Position numbers and translations under genes: made by a program. Shown in pieces: positions 37,263-46,540 of a DNA stretch of 64,000 bases. The notes beneath the pieces are model-generated. The model was not told the DNA's origin, made no database searches, and saw nothing but the letters and a program-made list of their open reading frames with translations. The stretch's first letter is position 1. The number at the start of each line of letters is the position of its first letter. The stretch comes from Chthonomonadales bacterium (lineage in GTDB: Bacteria; Armatimonadota; Chthonomonadetes; Chthonomonadales; CAJBBX01), in NCBI GenBank assembly GCA_035477595.1, contig DATIKM010000038.1, positions 7,050-71,049 on the forward strand, written 5' to 3'.

Positions 37263-38543
37263 ATGGCAGACGTTCGGCCGCCAAGCCGCCGCGAGGCGCT
37301 GGCTGCCGGCCTCAGCGCCGCGGCGGGGCTCACGCTGGGCTCCGCCGCGAGAGCCCAGTCGGTGCCGCCGGGGGAGCGCCTGGGCATTGGCCTGATCGGC
37401 GCAGGTAACATCGCGGGTGCGCACTTCTGGCCATCTCTGTCGTACCCGGACGTGCGGGTGGTCGGCGTGTGCGACGTGCACGAGGGTCGCATGCAGGCGA
37501 TGGTGGACGTGGCGAACCGGCACTACGGCAGCACGGTGTGCCGCGGACACCGCGACTTCCGCGAGCTGCTCGCCCGGCCCGATGTGGACGCGGTGTTCGT
37601 CTGCACGCCAGACCACTGGCATGCCATCCAGGTTATTGCGGCGGCACGGGCCGGGAAGCACATCTACGCGGAGAAGCCCCTCAGCCTGACCTTCGCCGAG
37701 GGCCGGGCGATGGTGGAGGCGGTACGCCGGCACGGCGTCTGTTTCCAGCATGGGACGCAGCAGCGGTCCGCTCCGGAGTTCCGCAGGGCGGCGGAACTCG
37801 TGCGCAACGGCCGCGCCGGGAAGATCCACACGGTCCGCGTGGCTGTCTCCGGCGGCCGCGAGTCCGGGTGGGGGCGCCCCAAGCCGCCACCGCCCCATAT
37901 CGACTGGGACCTGTGGCTGGGCCCCGCGCCGCAAGCACCGTACTCCGATGAGCGCTTCGACACTCAGCACTGGTACTTCATCCAGGACTACTCGGCCGGG
38001 GGCTTCATCTCGGGTTGGGGTGTCCACCACGTCGACAGCGCCCAGTGGGGCCTCGGCAAGGACCTGACAGGCCCGATGGAGATAGAGGGGCGAGCAGTCT
38101 TCCCCACTGACGGCATGTGCGACACGCCCATCACGTGGCATGTCCAGTACACGTACCCCGGCGTGCGGGTCATCTTTACCTCGGACAACGAGCAGCGGTT
38201 CGGGGTGCGGTTCGAGGGCGATCGCGGTCAGGTGTTCGTCAACCGCGGCGAGTTCGTCACGTTACCAGCGTCCATCGGGCGCGAGCGCATCGGTCCCGAC
38301 GAGACGCTCCTCTATCGAAGCGACAACCACCACCGCAACTGGATCGAGTGCATCCGGAGCGGCCGCGACCCCGTGGCGCCGGTCGAGGTGGCCCACCGCT
38401 CTCAGACGATCTGCATCCTGAGCGACATCGCGATCCGCCTGGGCCGCAAGGTGCGCTGGGACGCCGCTCGCGAGCGGATCGTGGGCGACCCCGCGGCAAG
38501 CCAGATGCTCGCTCGCTCCATGCGCTCTCCCTGGCGGCTGTAG
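37263..38543 (+). CDS. Tat-exported Gfo/Idh/MocA family oxidoreductase
   Basis: The leader is PSRREALAAGLSAAAGLTLGSAARAQ. Family blocks are IGLIGAGNIAG, CTPDHWHA, HIYAEKPLS, and a C-terminal SMRSPWRL shared with the 33861 paralog. Confidence 0.85.
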   Translation: MADVRPPSRREALAAGLSAAAGLTLGSAARAQSVPPGERLGIGLIGAGNIAGAHFWPSLSYPDVRVVGVCDVHEGRMQAMVDVANRHYGSTVCRGHRDFRELLARPDVDAVFVCTPDHWHAIQVIAAARAGKHIYAEKPLSLTFAEGRAMVEAVRRHGVCFQHGTQQRSAPEFRRAAELVRNGRAGKIHTVRVAVSGGRESGWGRPKPPPPHIDWDLWLGPAPQAPYSDERFDTQHWYFIQDYSAGGFISGWGVHHVDSAQWGLGKDLTGPMEIEGRAVFPTDGMCDTPITWHVQYTYPGVRVIFTSDNEQRFGVRFEGDRGQVFVNRGEFVTLPASIGRERIGPDETLLYRSDNHHRNWIECIRSGRDPVAPVEVAHRSQTICILSDIAIRLGRKVRWDAARERIVGDPAASQMLARSMRSPWRL

Positions 38544-39027
38544 GGGCGCCCGGCGGCGCATCGCCTGGCGTCGGGGGTGCGCAACGCAGGTAAGCGCGGC
38601 GCTCTGCCCCTCACGACGCGGCCGTAGCTCGACCAACAATTGGGATGATGCATTTGGCGCACCGACCGCGCATCCTGCACGTCATTACGACCGATGGCGA
38701 GCCGAGGGCGCGCGTTGGCGCCGATGGCAAGGGTGTCTGTGGCTCCTGCGCAGCTCTGCCCTCTCGTGCACAGCGCAAAGGAGCATCGGGCCCGAGCTGC
38801 TGTCGCAGACCGGGCGGCCTGCTGACCTGCAGCCCGAACAGCCCTGGCGCAGTCTTGCGAGCATGGGCTCGTGACGCGACAGAAGGGACAGACCAGGGCA
38901 GCCGCCGAGCCGAGCGTGCGTTTGTCGGCTGTCAGGCCGAACGAGTGGATGGCCATCCGAGCCGCACCGTGCGGCTGAGATGGTACAATGGGGACGCGTG
39001 CGGCGCATCAGGGGCGCCGCGCTGGTG

Positions 39028-39759
39028 ATGCCAAGGAGTGCGATCTTGAGCCGATCGACGTTTCGCGCCTCACGGTGGTTGGGTGCCGGGCTCGCCTGGC
39101 TGCTGGTGGCCCCCGCAACCGTCGCTCTGATTCCCGAACCGGCGGCCGCGCAGGGCGAGACTGTGCCGCTGCCTATCACACTGCCCAGGCCCGTCTTTCC
39201 CGGCACACCACGAGATATCCCCGCGGGCACCTCGGTGGAGCGGACCGACGGCAGGCCCCGGGCCATCCCGCAGGTGCCAAGAGGTACCGTGAATCTTGCG
39301 TTGAACCGCAAGGTTACCAGCAGCAGGGCCCCGTTCGCCTTCTCCCTCGATCTGGTTACCGATGGTAACAAGGAGGCGAGGGAGACCACCGCGGTCGAGC
39401 TTCGGCCCGGTCTGCAGTGGGTGCAGATCGACCTCGGCGCCGTCGCCACAATCCATTATGTCTGCGTATGGCACTACCACCTGGAGCCGGTGGTGGTCCG
39501 CGACGTGATCGTGCAGCTGTCGAATGACCCCACCTTCCTCGACGGCGTCACCACGATCTTCAACAACGACCAGGACAACAGCGCGGGTCTCGGTGTGGGT
39601 AGGGACCGCGAGTACTTCGAGACGAGCGAAGGCCGGCTCATTCCGGCCAGGGGCGTCAAGGCGCGCTATGTCCGGCTCTACAGCCGCGGCAGCACGTTCA
39701 AGGACCCCCTTAATCGCTACACCGAAGTGGAAGTGTTCGGCCAGCAGTCTGCTCCATGA
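39028..39759 (+). CDS. Secreted discoidin (F5/8 type C)-domain protein
   Basis: The signal/TM segment is RWLGAGLAWLLVAPATVALIP. NLALNRKVTSS...LVTDGNKE...WVQIDLG....I..V.VWHY......V.RDVIVQLSNDPTF...RYVRLYS.GS........YTEVEVFG is the discoidin/galactose-binding-like pattern. Its stop overlaps the next gene's start (ATGA). Confidence 0.7.
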   Translation: MPRSAILSRSTFRASRWLGAGLAWLLVAPATVALIPEPAAAQGETVPLPITLPRPVFPGTPRDIPAGTSVERTDGRPRAIPQVPRGTVNLALNRKVTSSRAPFAFSLDLVTDGNKEARETTAVELRPGLQWVQIDLGAVATIHYVCVWHYHLEPVVVRDVIVQLSNDPTFLDGVTTIFNNDQDNSAGLGVGRDREYFETSEGRLIPARGVKARYVRLYSRGSTFKDPLNRYTEVEVFGQQSAP

Positions 39760-41324
39760 TGCGCCGGTTCGCGTTCGCGGGAGCGCTCGCCCTGCTTGTG
39801 GCGGGCGCTCTCGCGATTCGTGTGCCCAACCTCGGCGACCGGCCGTTCCATGGCGATGAGAGCGTACACGCCGCCAAGTTCCGCGACATCTGGGAGCGCG
39901 GCGAGTACATCTACGACCCATACGAGTTCCATGGGCCCACCCTCTACTACGCCGCCCTTCCGGTAGCCAAGGCGCTGGGCCGGGAGCACTGGGCCGACAT
40001 CGGCGAGGCCGATTACCGCCTCGCCACGGTCATCGTCGGCACCCTCCTGCTGCTGTTCCTCGCGCTCATGCGGGACGCGCTGGGCCGCCGCGGCGCGCTG
40101 GTCTGCGCCCTCCTTCTTGCGCTCTCCCCGGCCTTCGTGTACTACAGCCGCCACTTCATTCAGGAGACCCTCCTCGTCGCCTTCACGTTGGGCCTGTTCG
40201 CCTGCGGCTGGCGCTGGACGCGATCGGGTCGCCTGGGCTGGGCGATAGCGGCTGGGGCTTCGGCCGGCATGATGGTCGCGACGAAGGAGACGGTTGTCCT
40301 CACCTTCGCTGCGCTCTGCATCGCGCTGGCTGTGGTCTGGTTCCGACAGCGAGCGAAGCGTGCCGTCAGGCCGTGGCGCGGTCACGCCGCCCTTGCCGCG
40401 GTGACGGCCCTGGTGGTGGCCGTGACGTTCCTCACCGGGTTCTTCTCGAATCTGGCAGCCCCTGTGGACTACCTTCGCTCCTATCTGCCTTGGGGAATGC
40501 GCGCGCACGCGACCGAGCTGCACGCCCACCCGTGGAGCTACTACCTCGCGATGCTGCTCTGGACCCACCGCGCGCCGGGTCCTGTGTGGAGCGAGGCGCT
40601 CATCGTCGGGCTCGCACTGGCCGGCGGGGTCGCCTGCTGGCGCGGGGCGAGCGCCATGGCGCCGGAGCGGGCCGCGTTCGGCCGCTTCATGGCAGTCTTC
40701 ACCATCGCCATCACCGCGATCTACTCCGCGATCCCCTACAAGACGCCGTGGTGCGTGCTCACGCCGCTCCTTGGCATGGTGCTCCTGGCGGGACCCGGCG
40801 CCCTGGCGCTGGTGGCCGCCCTGCCGCGGCGATTCCTCCTTCGTCCCGTGGCGGTGACCATCGTTGCGGCGCTGACAGCCCAGCTCGGCTGGCAGGCGTG
40901 GCGCTCGAGCCAGCAGTACGCGACGGACACACGCAACCCCTACGTCTACGCGCAGACCATGGCGGATGTCCGCGGCATCGTTGCCCGCGTCGAGGAGCTG
41001 GCTCGCGAGCACCCGGATCGCATGGCAATGGTGGTGAAGGTCATCTCGGAGGACGCCTACTACTGGCCGCTGCCCTGGTACCTGCGCCGGATGCACAACG
41101 TGGGGTACTGGACCGAGATGCCGGAGACCCTCGATGCGCCCGTAGTGATCGCCTCGCCGCGCTTCGACGAGGCCCTCACCGCCAGACTGGAAGCCACCCA
41201 CCTGATGACCGGGTTCTTCGTCCTGCGGCCGCACGTCCTGCTGCAGGTGTGGGTGGACTTCCCGCTCTGGAGCCGCTACGTGGAGAAGCGGAGCCCGCGC
41301 CGGCCGGTGCGCATCGGCGAGTAG
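39756..41324 (+). CDS. GT-C fold membrane glycosyltransferase-like protein (PMT/ArnT-like; TIGR03663/Agl23-like)
   Basis: The N-terminus is FAGALALLVAGALAIRVPNLGDRPFHGDESVHAAKF...YDPYEFHGPTLYY. More than 10 TM segments follow, then a soluble C-terminal region. Confidence 0.65.
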   Translation: MMRRFAFAGALALLVAGALAIRVPNLGDRPFHGDESVHAAKFRDIWERGEYIYDPYEFHGPTLYYAALPVAKALGREHWADIGEADYRLATVIVGTLLLLFLALMRDALGRRGALVCALLLALSPAFVYYSRHFIQETLLVAFTLGLFACGWRWTRSGRLGWAIAAGASAGMMVATKETVVLTFAALCIALAVVWFRQRAKRAVRPWRGHAALAAVTALVVAVTFLTGFFSNLAAPVDYLRSYLPWGMRAHATELHAHPWSYYLAMLLWTHRAPGPVWSEALIVGLALAGGVACWRGASAMAPERAAFGRFMAVFTIAITAIYSAIPYKTPWCVLTPLLGMVLLAGPGALALVAALPRRFLLRPVAVTIVAALTAQLGWQAWRSSQQYATDTRNPYVYAQTMADVRGIVARVEELAREHPDRMAMVVKVISEDAYYWPLPWYLRRMHNVGYWTEMPETLDAPVVIASPRFDEALTARLEATHLMTGFFVLRPHVLLQVWVDFPLWSRYVEKRSPRRPVRIGE

Positions 41325-41506
41325 CCGCGCAGGCCCCCGTCACTCCGAGGCATGCGCCTCCTCACGCGTGCGCCGAAGGTCGTCACGAGGCAAGCGGCTG
41401 CGTTTGACCGCGACCGCCCCGCGCAGGTAGCCGAGGCGCCCGTGAGCGCGGTCTGAGCCCAGTGGCTCCCCCGGCTGGCCGTCGGTTGCCCCTTCGTCGG
41501 CTTGGC

Positions 41507-44500
41507 TCAGCCCTCAGTCGCGAGCGTGGCGAAGCTCGGAGCGGCCAGAAGCCCGGCAGGGAAGAGCATGTACGCCTCGGAGTATGCGCTGCCCTCTGTA
41601 AGGAAGTTGCCGGGCCCGTACCCGGCGGCATCGAGCGGAACCTGGTGCAGCGGGCCGAAGGTGTTCCGGCGGGTCAGGATCACTTCGAGCTCAACGGGTG
41701 CGCCGGCTGTTGCGGCTGCGGTGACGTCGGCCTCGTACGGCTGCCACGGGATGAGCGCTCGCTCGCCGCCGCCGGCTGCCACGACGCAGGCGGCACTGAA
41801 CGCTGGCGTCCGCACCATGATGCGCTCGCCGGGCCCCGGGCGCGGTGGTGTGCCGACTGCGTAGCGGATGGCGCCGGAGTAGAAGGGCAGGCCCTGCGCC
41901 GTCACGTCGCCGACCGCGAGCGTCTCGGGCAGCGCCGTCAACTCGGAGCGCGACCCGCGCACCGCCACGCCGAACCCGCCAAGCAGATAGACTGCCTCCA
42001 GCCCCATGTTCGCGTCGTAGGTGCACTCCAGCTCGACCGAGTTGGCGCCCTCGGCGAGCGCGCCCGACGGAAGCTCGAAGCGTCGGAAGCAGCGGTCGAC
42101 CCACCACGGGCTCGCGCCACGCACATCGAGCGGCGTGCCGTTCACCCTCACGTCGAACCGGTCTGGCCGCTCGATGACCAACTCCACAGGGCCTGCGGGC
42201 GGTAATGCCACGTCGAAGCCGAACCGGACCGCCACGCGCCCCAGCGGCGTCACGCCCTGCTGGCGGATGTACCACGGCTGAAGCATCTCGCCGCCGCGAT
42301 GCGGCAGGCCGAAGTGGTCACGCACGGCGCGGTCCACCTTCAGGACCTCGCGCGCCGGCTGCCATGGGCCGTCGCCGATCCGCAGCTCCGCCATATCGAG
42401 GACGCAGACGTTCGGCTCTGCCAGCGTGTAGGCGAAGGGACCGGCAAGCTCGGCCGTGGAGCGCTCGCGCTGGCGGCTCGGCGCCTGAGGCGCACGGCCG
42501 AGGGCCGGCTCGAGCACCCAGAGCCGCTCGCCAGCGGGCGGGAAGTCGGTCGGGATGCGCGTCCAGCCATCCTCGACGAAGGCCTGGGTGGGTCGGCGCT
42601 CCCCGCGGAGGCAGTCCCACTCCTCGACGGCCATCTCACCGCGCACGCGCACGCTCGCACCGCTCACCGGGCTATCGCGGTCTACGTTCAGTGCGAAGGC
42701 CACGAGGCGCTCGCCATCCTCACGCATCTGCACGAACACGCTCTCTGGACGCCTGCCGTCTGTGAGCGTCACGCGCACGCACGGCGGGCTGGACGCCTCG
42801 CAGGCGGAGACCACCGCTTCGCGCTCCCACGGCGTGCGCGCCGTCCGCGCGGCGAGGTCTGCCGCGCCGGGAGCGGGGAGGGCGTCCACGCAGGGCGGCG
42901 GCTCACCCGCGAAGACTACCGAGCCGCCGGCCGCCGCGAAGCGCTCCAGCAGACGCAGGGTGCTTGACCGCACCGTCGCCATGCCGCCGAGGACCACCGT
43001 CCGGTAGCTCGCTTCACCGATACGCAGCGCAGCGGCCTCGCCGGTGACGACCTCGCCGAGGCGGCCCATCATCTCCTCGTCGCCGTAGTCGAAGTCGATC
43101 TGGGCGCCCTGGAGCCAGTGGAAGAGCTCGGCGTACTTCCTCTCCAGGGCCTGGATAGCGGGCGCTGTCGCGCCGAGGAAGCGGGCCCAGCCAGGATGCA
43201 CCTGGCACCACACGCTCTCCACCGGGCTGACGACCAGGGTGTCGCAGCGCGGCCGCCCCTGCGACATCAGCGCGCCGATGCGAGCGAAGTAGGTCTCCAC
43301 GTGGTGGTACTCGGTCCACCACGCCGACTGGTGGAAGATGCTTGCGGGGAAGTCGCGCTTGGCTTCGCCCTCCATCGTGTACCACGATAGGTGGTGGCAG
43401 CGCAGGTTGATGCCGAAGAGCGCTTGCCAGTCGCCCACCGCCTTGTGACCCTCGAAGGGCATCTGCCAGCCGGTGCATCCGTAGAGCTCCGAGAGCAGCC
43501 AGGGCCGCCCGAGCTGACGCGCCGCGGACTGAAGCTGCTTCGCCACCCAGTAGGCCCGGTTTCCCTCGGTCAGCAGGTCGATGCCGGGGTACTCCATGTG
43601 CTCGTAGCAGCGCATCATGGATCCGCACATCGAGGTCTGCGCGGCCAGCGAGTCCTCGTGGAGCACGTGTCCCGTGAGGATGATCCCGTGGTCGCGGCAC
43701 CAGCGGTCCATGGGCTGCATGAAGCCCTCGAGGAAGAGCCGCTGCAGCATCTCGGTGAAGTGCCACTTGACCTGGCTGACCGGGCGGCCCTCCGGCTGCA
43801 GGAACAGCTCGGGGAGCCGCTCGAGCAGATCGTAGCCGAAGGCCTCGTGGAACCGGTGCGGCAGAGCGGCCGTCCACGGCGCCATGTGCTCGCCGTCGGG
43901 CCCCGCGCCGCCGAATGGGTCCATGAGCGCGCCGCGGTGGGGCTCGTCCGTGAAGATGCCCTTGATGCTCCGGCCCAGTCGGTCGCCGCAGCGCTCGCGG
44001 TAGCGCTCGTGGGTCACCTCGATGTAGCGCGCTGTGGCCTCCGGGTTCATGGTGTCCACGTACGTGGCGCCGTTGTAGAAGCTGCTCGGCGCCATCTCCC
44101 TTACGGTGAAGACGAGGGCGTGCAGGCTCCCCTCCAGCCCATCGCCGGGCGCCAGCAGCCTGGCGCCATGGACCGCCAGCCCGTCGCGCCGCGCAGCGAA
44201 CACAGCGACGGCGTCGGGCGGCCACGTGAAGGCCGCAGCATCAACCGTGGCCATGTGGAGGTAGCGCATGCGGTAGCGGGGGTCGCGGGTCACGATGCCG
44301 CCAGCGGTACCGCTGGGCCAGCGGTCCTCGTCGTAGAGCCACGACTCCAGCCCCAGACGCTCGCCCTCGTCCGCGCATGCGTTGATGAGATCGAACCACT
44401 CGTCGCCCAGATACTCCGTCACCAGGCCGGTGCGCGAGTGCATGAAGAAACCGCCCATCCCCATGCGGTGCAGCACACCGATCTGCCGGAGCAGCTCGTC

Positions 44501-44647
44501 GCGGTCCAGCGCGCCGTTCCAGCTCCAGAACGGCTTGCCGCGGAACGCGGGGCCTGGATTGCGGAACAGGCTGAACAGCTCGTCGGTCGACACGATGAGC
44601 CTCCTTCGCTGGCCGGAGCGGATGGTCGGCAGGTGGGTGGACCGCAC
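41507..44647 (-). CDS. Large cytoplasmic glycoside hydrolase-like protein (TIM barrel plus jelly-roll domains; GH106-like N-terminus, family uncertain)
   Basis: FRGKPFWSWNGALDRDELLRQIGVLHRMGMGGFFMHSRTGL..EYLGDEWF resembles the N-terminal barrel of BT_0986-type (GH106) and related enzymes. There is no signal peptide. The length is 1046 aa, with beta-rich C-terminal domains. The start is not verified. Confidence 0.55.
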   Translation of the reverse strand: MRSTHLPTIRSGQRRRLIVSTDELFSLFRNPGPAFRGKPFWSWNGALDRDELLRQIGVLHRMGMGGFFMHSRTGLVTEYLGDEWFDLINACADEGERLGLESWLYDEDRWPSGTAGGIVTRDPRYRMRYLHMATVDAAAFTWPPDAVAVFAARRDGLAVHGARLLAPGDGLEGSLHALVFTVREMAPSSFYNGATYVDTMNPEATARYIEVTHERYRERCGDRLGRSIKGIFTDEPHRGALMDPFGGAGPDGEHMAPWTAALPHRFHEAFGYDLLERLPELFLQPEGRPVSQVKWHFTEMLQRLFLEGFMQPMDRWCRDHGIILTGHVLHEDSLAAQTSMCGSMMRCYEHMEYPGIDLLTEGNRAYWVAKQLQSAARQLGRPWLLSELYGCTGWQMPFEGHKAVGDWQALFGINLRCHHLSWYTMEGEAKRDFPASIFHQSAWWTEYHHVETYFARIGALMSQGRPRCDTLVVSPVESVWCQVHPGWARFLGATAPAIQALERKYAELFHWLQGAQIDFDYGDEEMMGRLGEVVTGEAAALRIGEASYRTVVLGGMATVRSSTLRLLERFAAAGGSVVFAGEPPPCVDALPAPGAADLAARTARTPWEREAVVSACEASSPPCVRVTLTDGRRPESVFVQMREDGERLVAFALNVDRDSPVSGASVRVRGEMAVEEWDCLRGERRPTQAFVEDGWTRIPTDFPPAGERLWVLEPALGRAPQAPSRQRERSTAELAGPFAYTLAEPNVCVLDMAELRIGDGPWQPAREVLKVDRAVRDHFGLPHRGGEMLQPWYIRQQGVTPLGRVAVRFGFDVALPPAGPVELVIERPDRFDVRVNGTPLDVRGASPWWVDRCFRRFELPSGALAEGANSVELECTYDANMGLEAVYLLGGFGVAVRGSRSELTALPETLAVGDVTAQGLPFYSGAIRYAVGTPPRPGPGERIMVRTPAFSAACVVAAGGGERALIPWQPYEADVTAAATAGAPVELEVILTRRNTFGPLHQVPLDAAGYGPGNFLTEGSAYSEAYMLFPAGLLAAPSFATLATEG

Positions 44648-44916
44648 CCGCGCGCGGGCCGCTGTCCGGGTAGGCGGCGGCGAGCGCGACGTGCTAGAAT
44701 GCCGTCGATGATCCCATGCGAGCGACCCCGCTAAGATACCTCCGACTCGTTTCGGTGTTCTACCGCCCGAGCATCGAGACGCCCATGGAGTGCCTGGCCG
44801 ACTTCCACACGCGGATCCTCGCGAGCCTGCTCGGGGCTGCCTGCAACCGTCGGCTCCCTATCACCGTGCCCGCCCCGGCCTGATGGGACGGCTTGGCGCA
44901 TCATGGAGAGGAGCGC

Positions 44917-46425
44917 ATGAGCGATTTGAACCTCAGCATGTTCCGCGCGTACGACATCCGCACGCCGTCAGCCGCACTGACGGACGAGTTGGCTGTGCGC
45001 CTCGCGCGCGCCGAAGCCGCCTACTTCCTCGATACGCTCGGCGCGCGGGGAGTGCTGGTCGCCCACGACGCCCGCTCGACGGGCCCCCGCTACCTGCATC
45101 TGGGCGTGCGCGCGTACACCGAGGCAGGCCTCGATGTCGTGGTCGTGCCCGGCGTCTGCTCCACGTCCATGTTCTACTTTGCCGCAATGGAGCACCCGGA
45201 CTACGCGGCGGTCATGTTCGGCGCGTCGCACAACCCGGCCGGCGACACGGGCCAGAAGGTTCTTGGACCCGGCGTGCGGCCCATCGCCGCGCGAATCGGC
45301 CCGGAAGGGGGGCTGGACCGCATCTGCGACCTCTACGAGCGCGGCGTCGCGCCGCCGCAGGCGGCGCGGGCCGGACGCGTGGACGCCTACGAGCCCCTGC
45401 CGGAGTATATCGACTACAGCATGCGCCTGGCGGGCGTGGAGCCCGGAGGACTCGCGGGCATGCGCGTGCTCCACGACTACCTGCACGGCGCCGCCGGGCG
45501 CGAGATGATGCTCGCCTTCGACGCCGCGGGCGCGGACCTGACCCCGCTCCATTTCACCGCCGATGGGCGCTTCCCGCTCGGAGACCCAAACCCCGTCAAA
45601 CAGGCAGTCATCGCGGAGGGTCTGGCGGAGCTGCGGCACGGCGAGTGCGTGCTCGGCGCGTTCTTCGACGGCGACGGCGACCGGCTCGATATCTACCGGG
45701 GCGACGGCGTCTACCTGTCGTCCAGCTTCGTCTACGCCGCGGTCCTGCCGCACATCCGGCGCCGCATAGCCGGTCCGGGGCTGGGCGTGTTCGCCGACCT
45801 GAAGTGCAACCCGCTCGCCATCATGGAGATGGCGCGAAGCGGCGTGTCGGTGCGCGTGATCCGAAATGGGCACTCACAGATAAAGAACGCGATGTTTGAG
45901 GACGCGGCGATGTTTGGCGCCGTAGAAGAGTCGGCCCACTTCTATGAGGCCTTCGAGCGCGACGGCGGGCGCTATGCCACGGAGAACACGCTCTACGTCG
46001 CCCTGCTGGTTGCCCGCGCGTGGCGAGAGGACCCCGCGCGGTTCGACGCGCTGGTCGATCTGGAGCAGTCGGCCGCGCGCGAGCGAGAGTGGGGCTTCCG
46101 GTTTCCCTCGGACGCGGCGCGGTCGGAAGCGCTCGACGCGGTGCGCGACTACTTCGTGGGTCTCGGCGCCTCCGCGCGCGACCGGATGGAGAACGGCGAC
46201 GATCTCGACGCCACGATGATGCGCCGCGGCCTGCCGTTCGCCATCGACACCGACACGGTGCTGGCGCCCGACTGGCTGCAGGTGTGTCAGCGCGTCTCGC
46301 AGAGCGAGAACGGCCTCGCCAGGTGGGAGGTGGTTGCCGCCGCGCCAGCGATTGCTGCCGACGCCAAGCGGGCGATCGGCGAGATCGTGCGGCGTTGCGG
46401 TGCGGGGGAGGAGTACCAGGGCTGA
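44917..46425 (+). CDS. Phosphomannomutase/phosphoglucomutase family protein
   Basis: ATG 44917 follows GGAGAGGAG. The N-terminal block is FRAYDIRT. The phosphoserine loop is MFGASHNPAGDTGQKV. The metal loop is AFFDGDGDRLDI, and a later block is VEESAHFY. Confidence 0.85.
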   Translation: MSDLNLSMFRAYDIRTPSAALTDELAVRLARAEAAYFLDTLGARGVLVAHDARSTGPRYLHLGVRAYTEAGLDVVVVPGVCSTSMFYFAAMEHPDYAAVMFGASHNPAGDTGQKVLGPGVRPIAARIGPEGGLDRICDLYERGVAPPQAARAGRVDAYEPLPEYIDYSMRLAGVEPGGLAGMRVLHDYLHGAAGREMMLAFDAAGADLTPLHFTADGRFPLGDPNPVKQAVIAEGLAELRHGECVLGAFFDGDGDRLDIYRGDGVYLSSSFVYAAVLPHIRRRIAGPGLGVFADLKCNPLAIMEMARSGVSVRVIRNGHSQIKNAMFEDAAMFGAVEESAHFYEAFERDGGRYATENTLYVALLVARAWREDPARFDALVDLEQSAAREREWGFRFPSDAARSEALDAVRDYFVGLGASARDRMENGDDLDATMMRRGLPFAIDTDTVLAPDWLQVCQRVSQSENGLARWEVVAAAPAIAADAKRAIGEIVRRCGAGEEYQG

Positions 46426-46540
46426 CGGCCCGGGCGCCGAGGCAACGGGAGAGCCGTCGCCCTCAGGTGCAGTGTGCTCTCACCGCGAGACACGCTCGGA
46501 GGGCGGCGCGCATCGGCTGGCGGAGAAAGGCGGCGACACG

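Noticed and set aside
38402-38956. 184-aa minus-strand ORF in the long intergenic region
   Set aside because: It is Cys/Arg/Ala-rich with no RBS, and it overlaps the 3' end of the Gfo/Idh/MocA gene. No motif is present.
44695-44700. TGCTAGAAT extended -10-like element as the phosphomannomutase promoter
   Set aside because: It has no convincing -35 element and would imply a leader of about 215 nt. This cannot be supported from sequence alone.
44790-45899. 369-aa plus-strand ORF upstream of or overlapping the phosphomannomutase gene
   Set aside because: It is out of frame with the PMM/PGM gene, which carries the SHNP and DGDGDR motifs. The product is Arg/Pro/Gly-rich.
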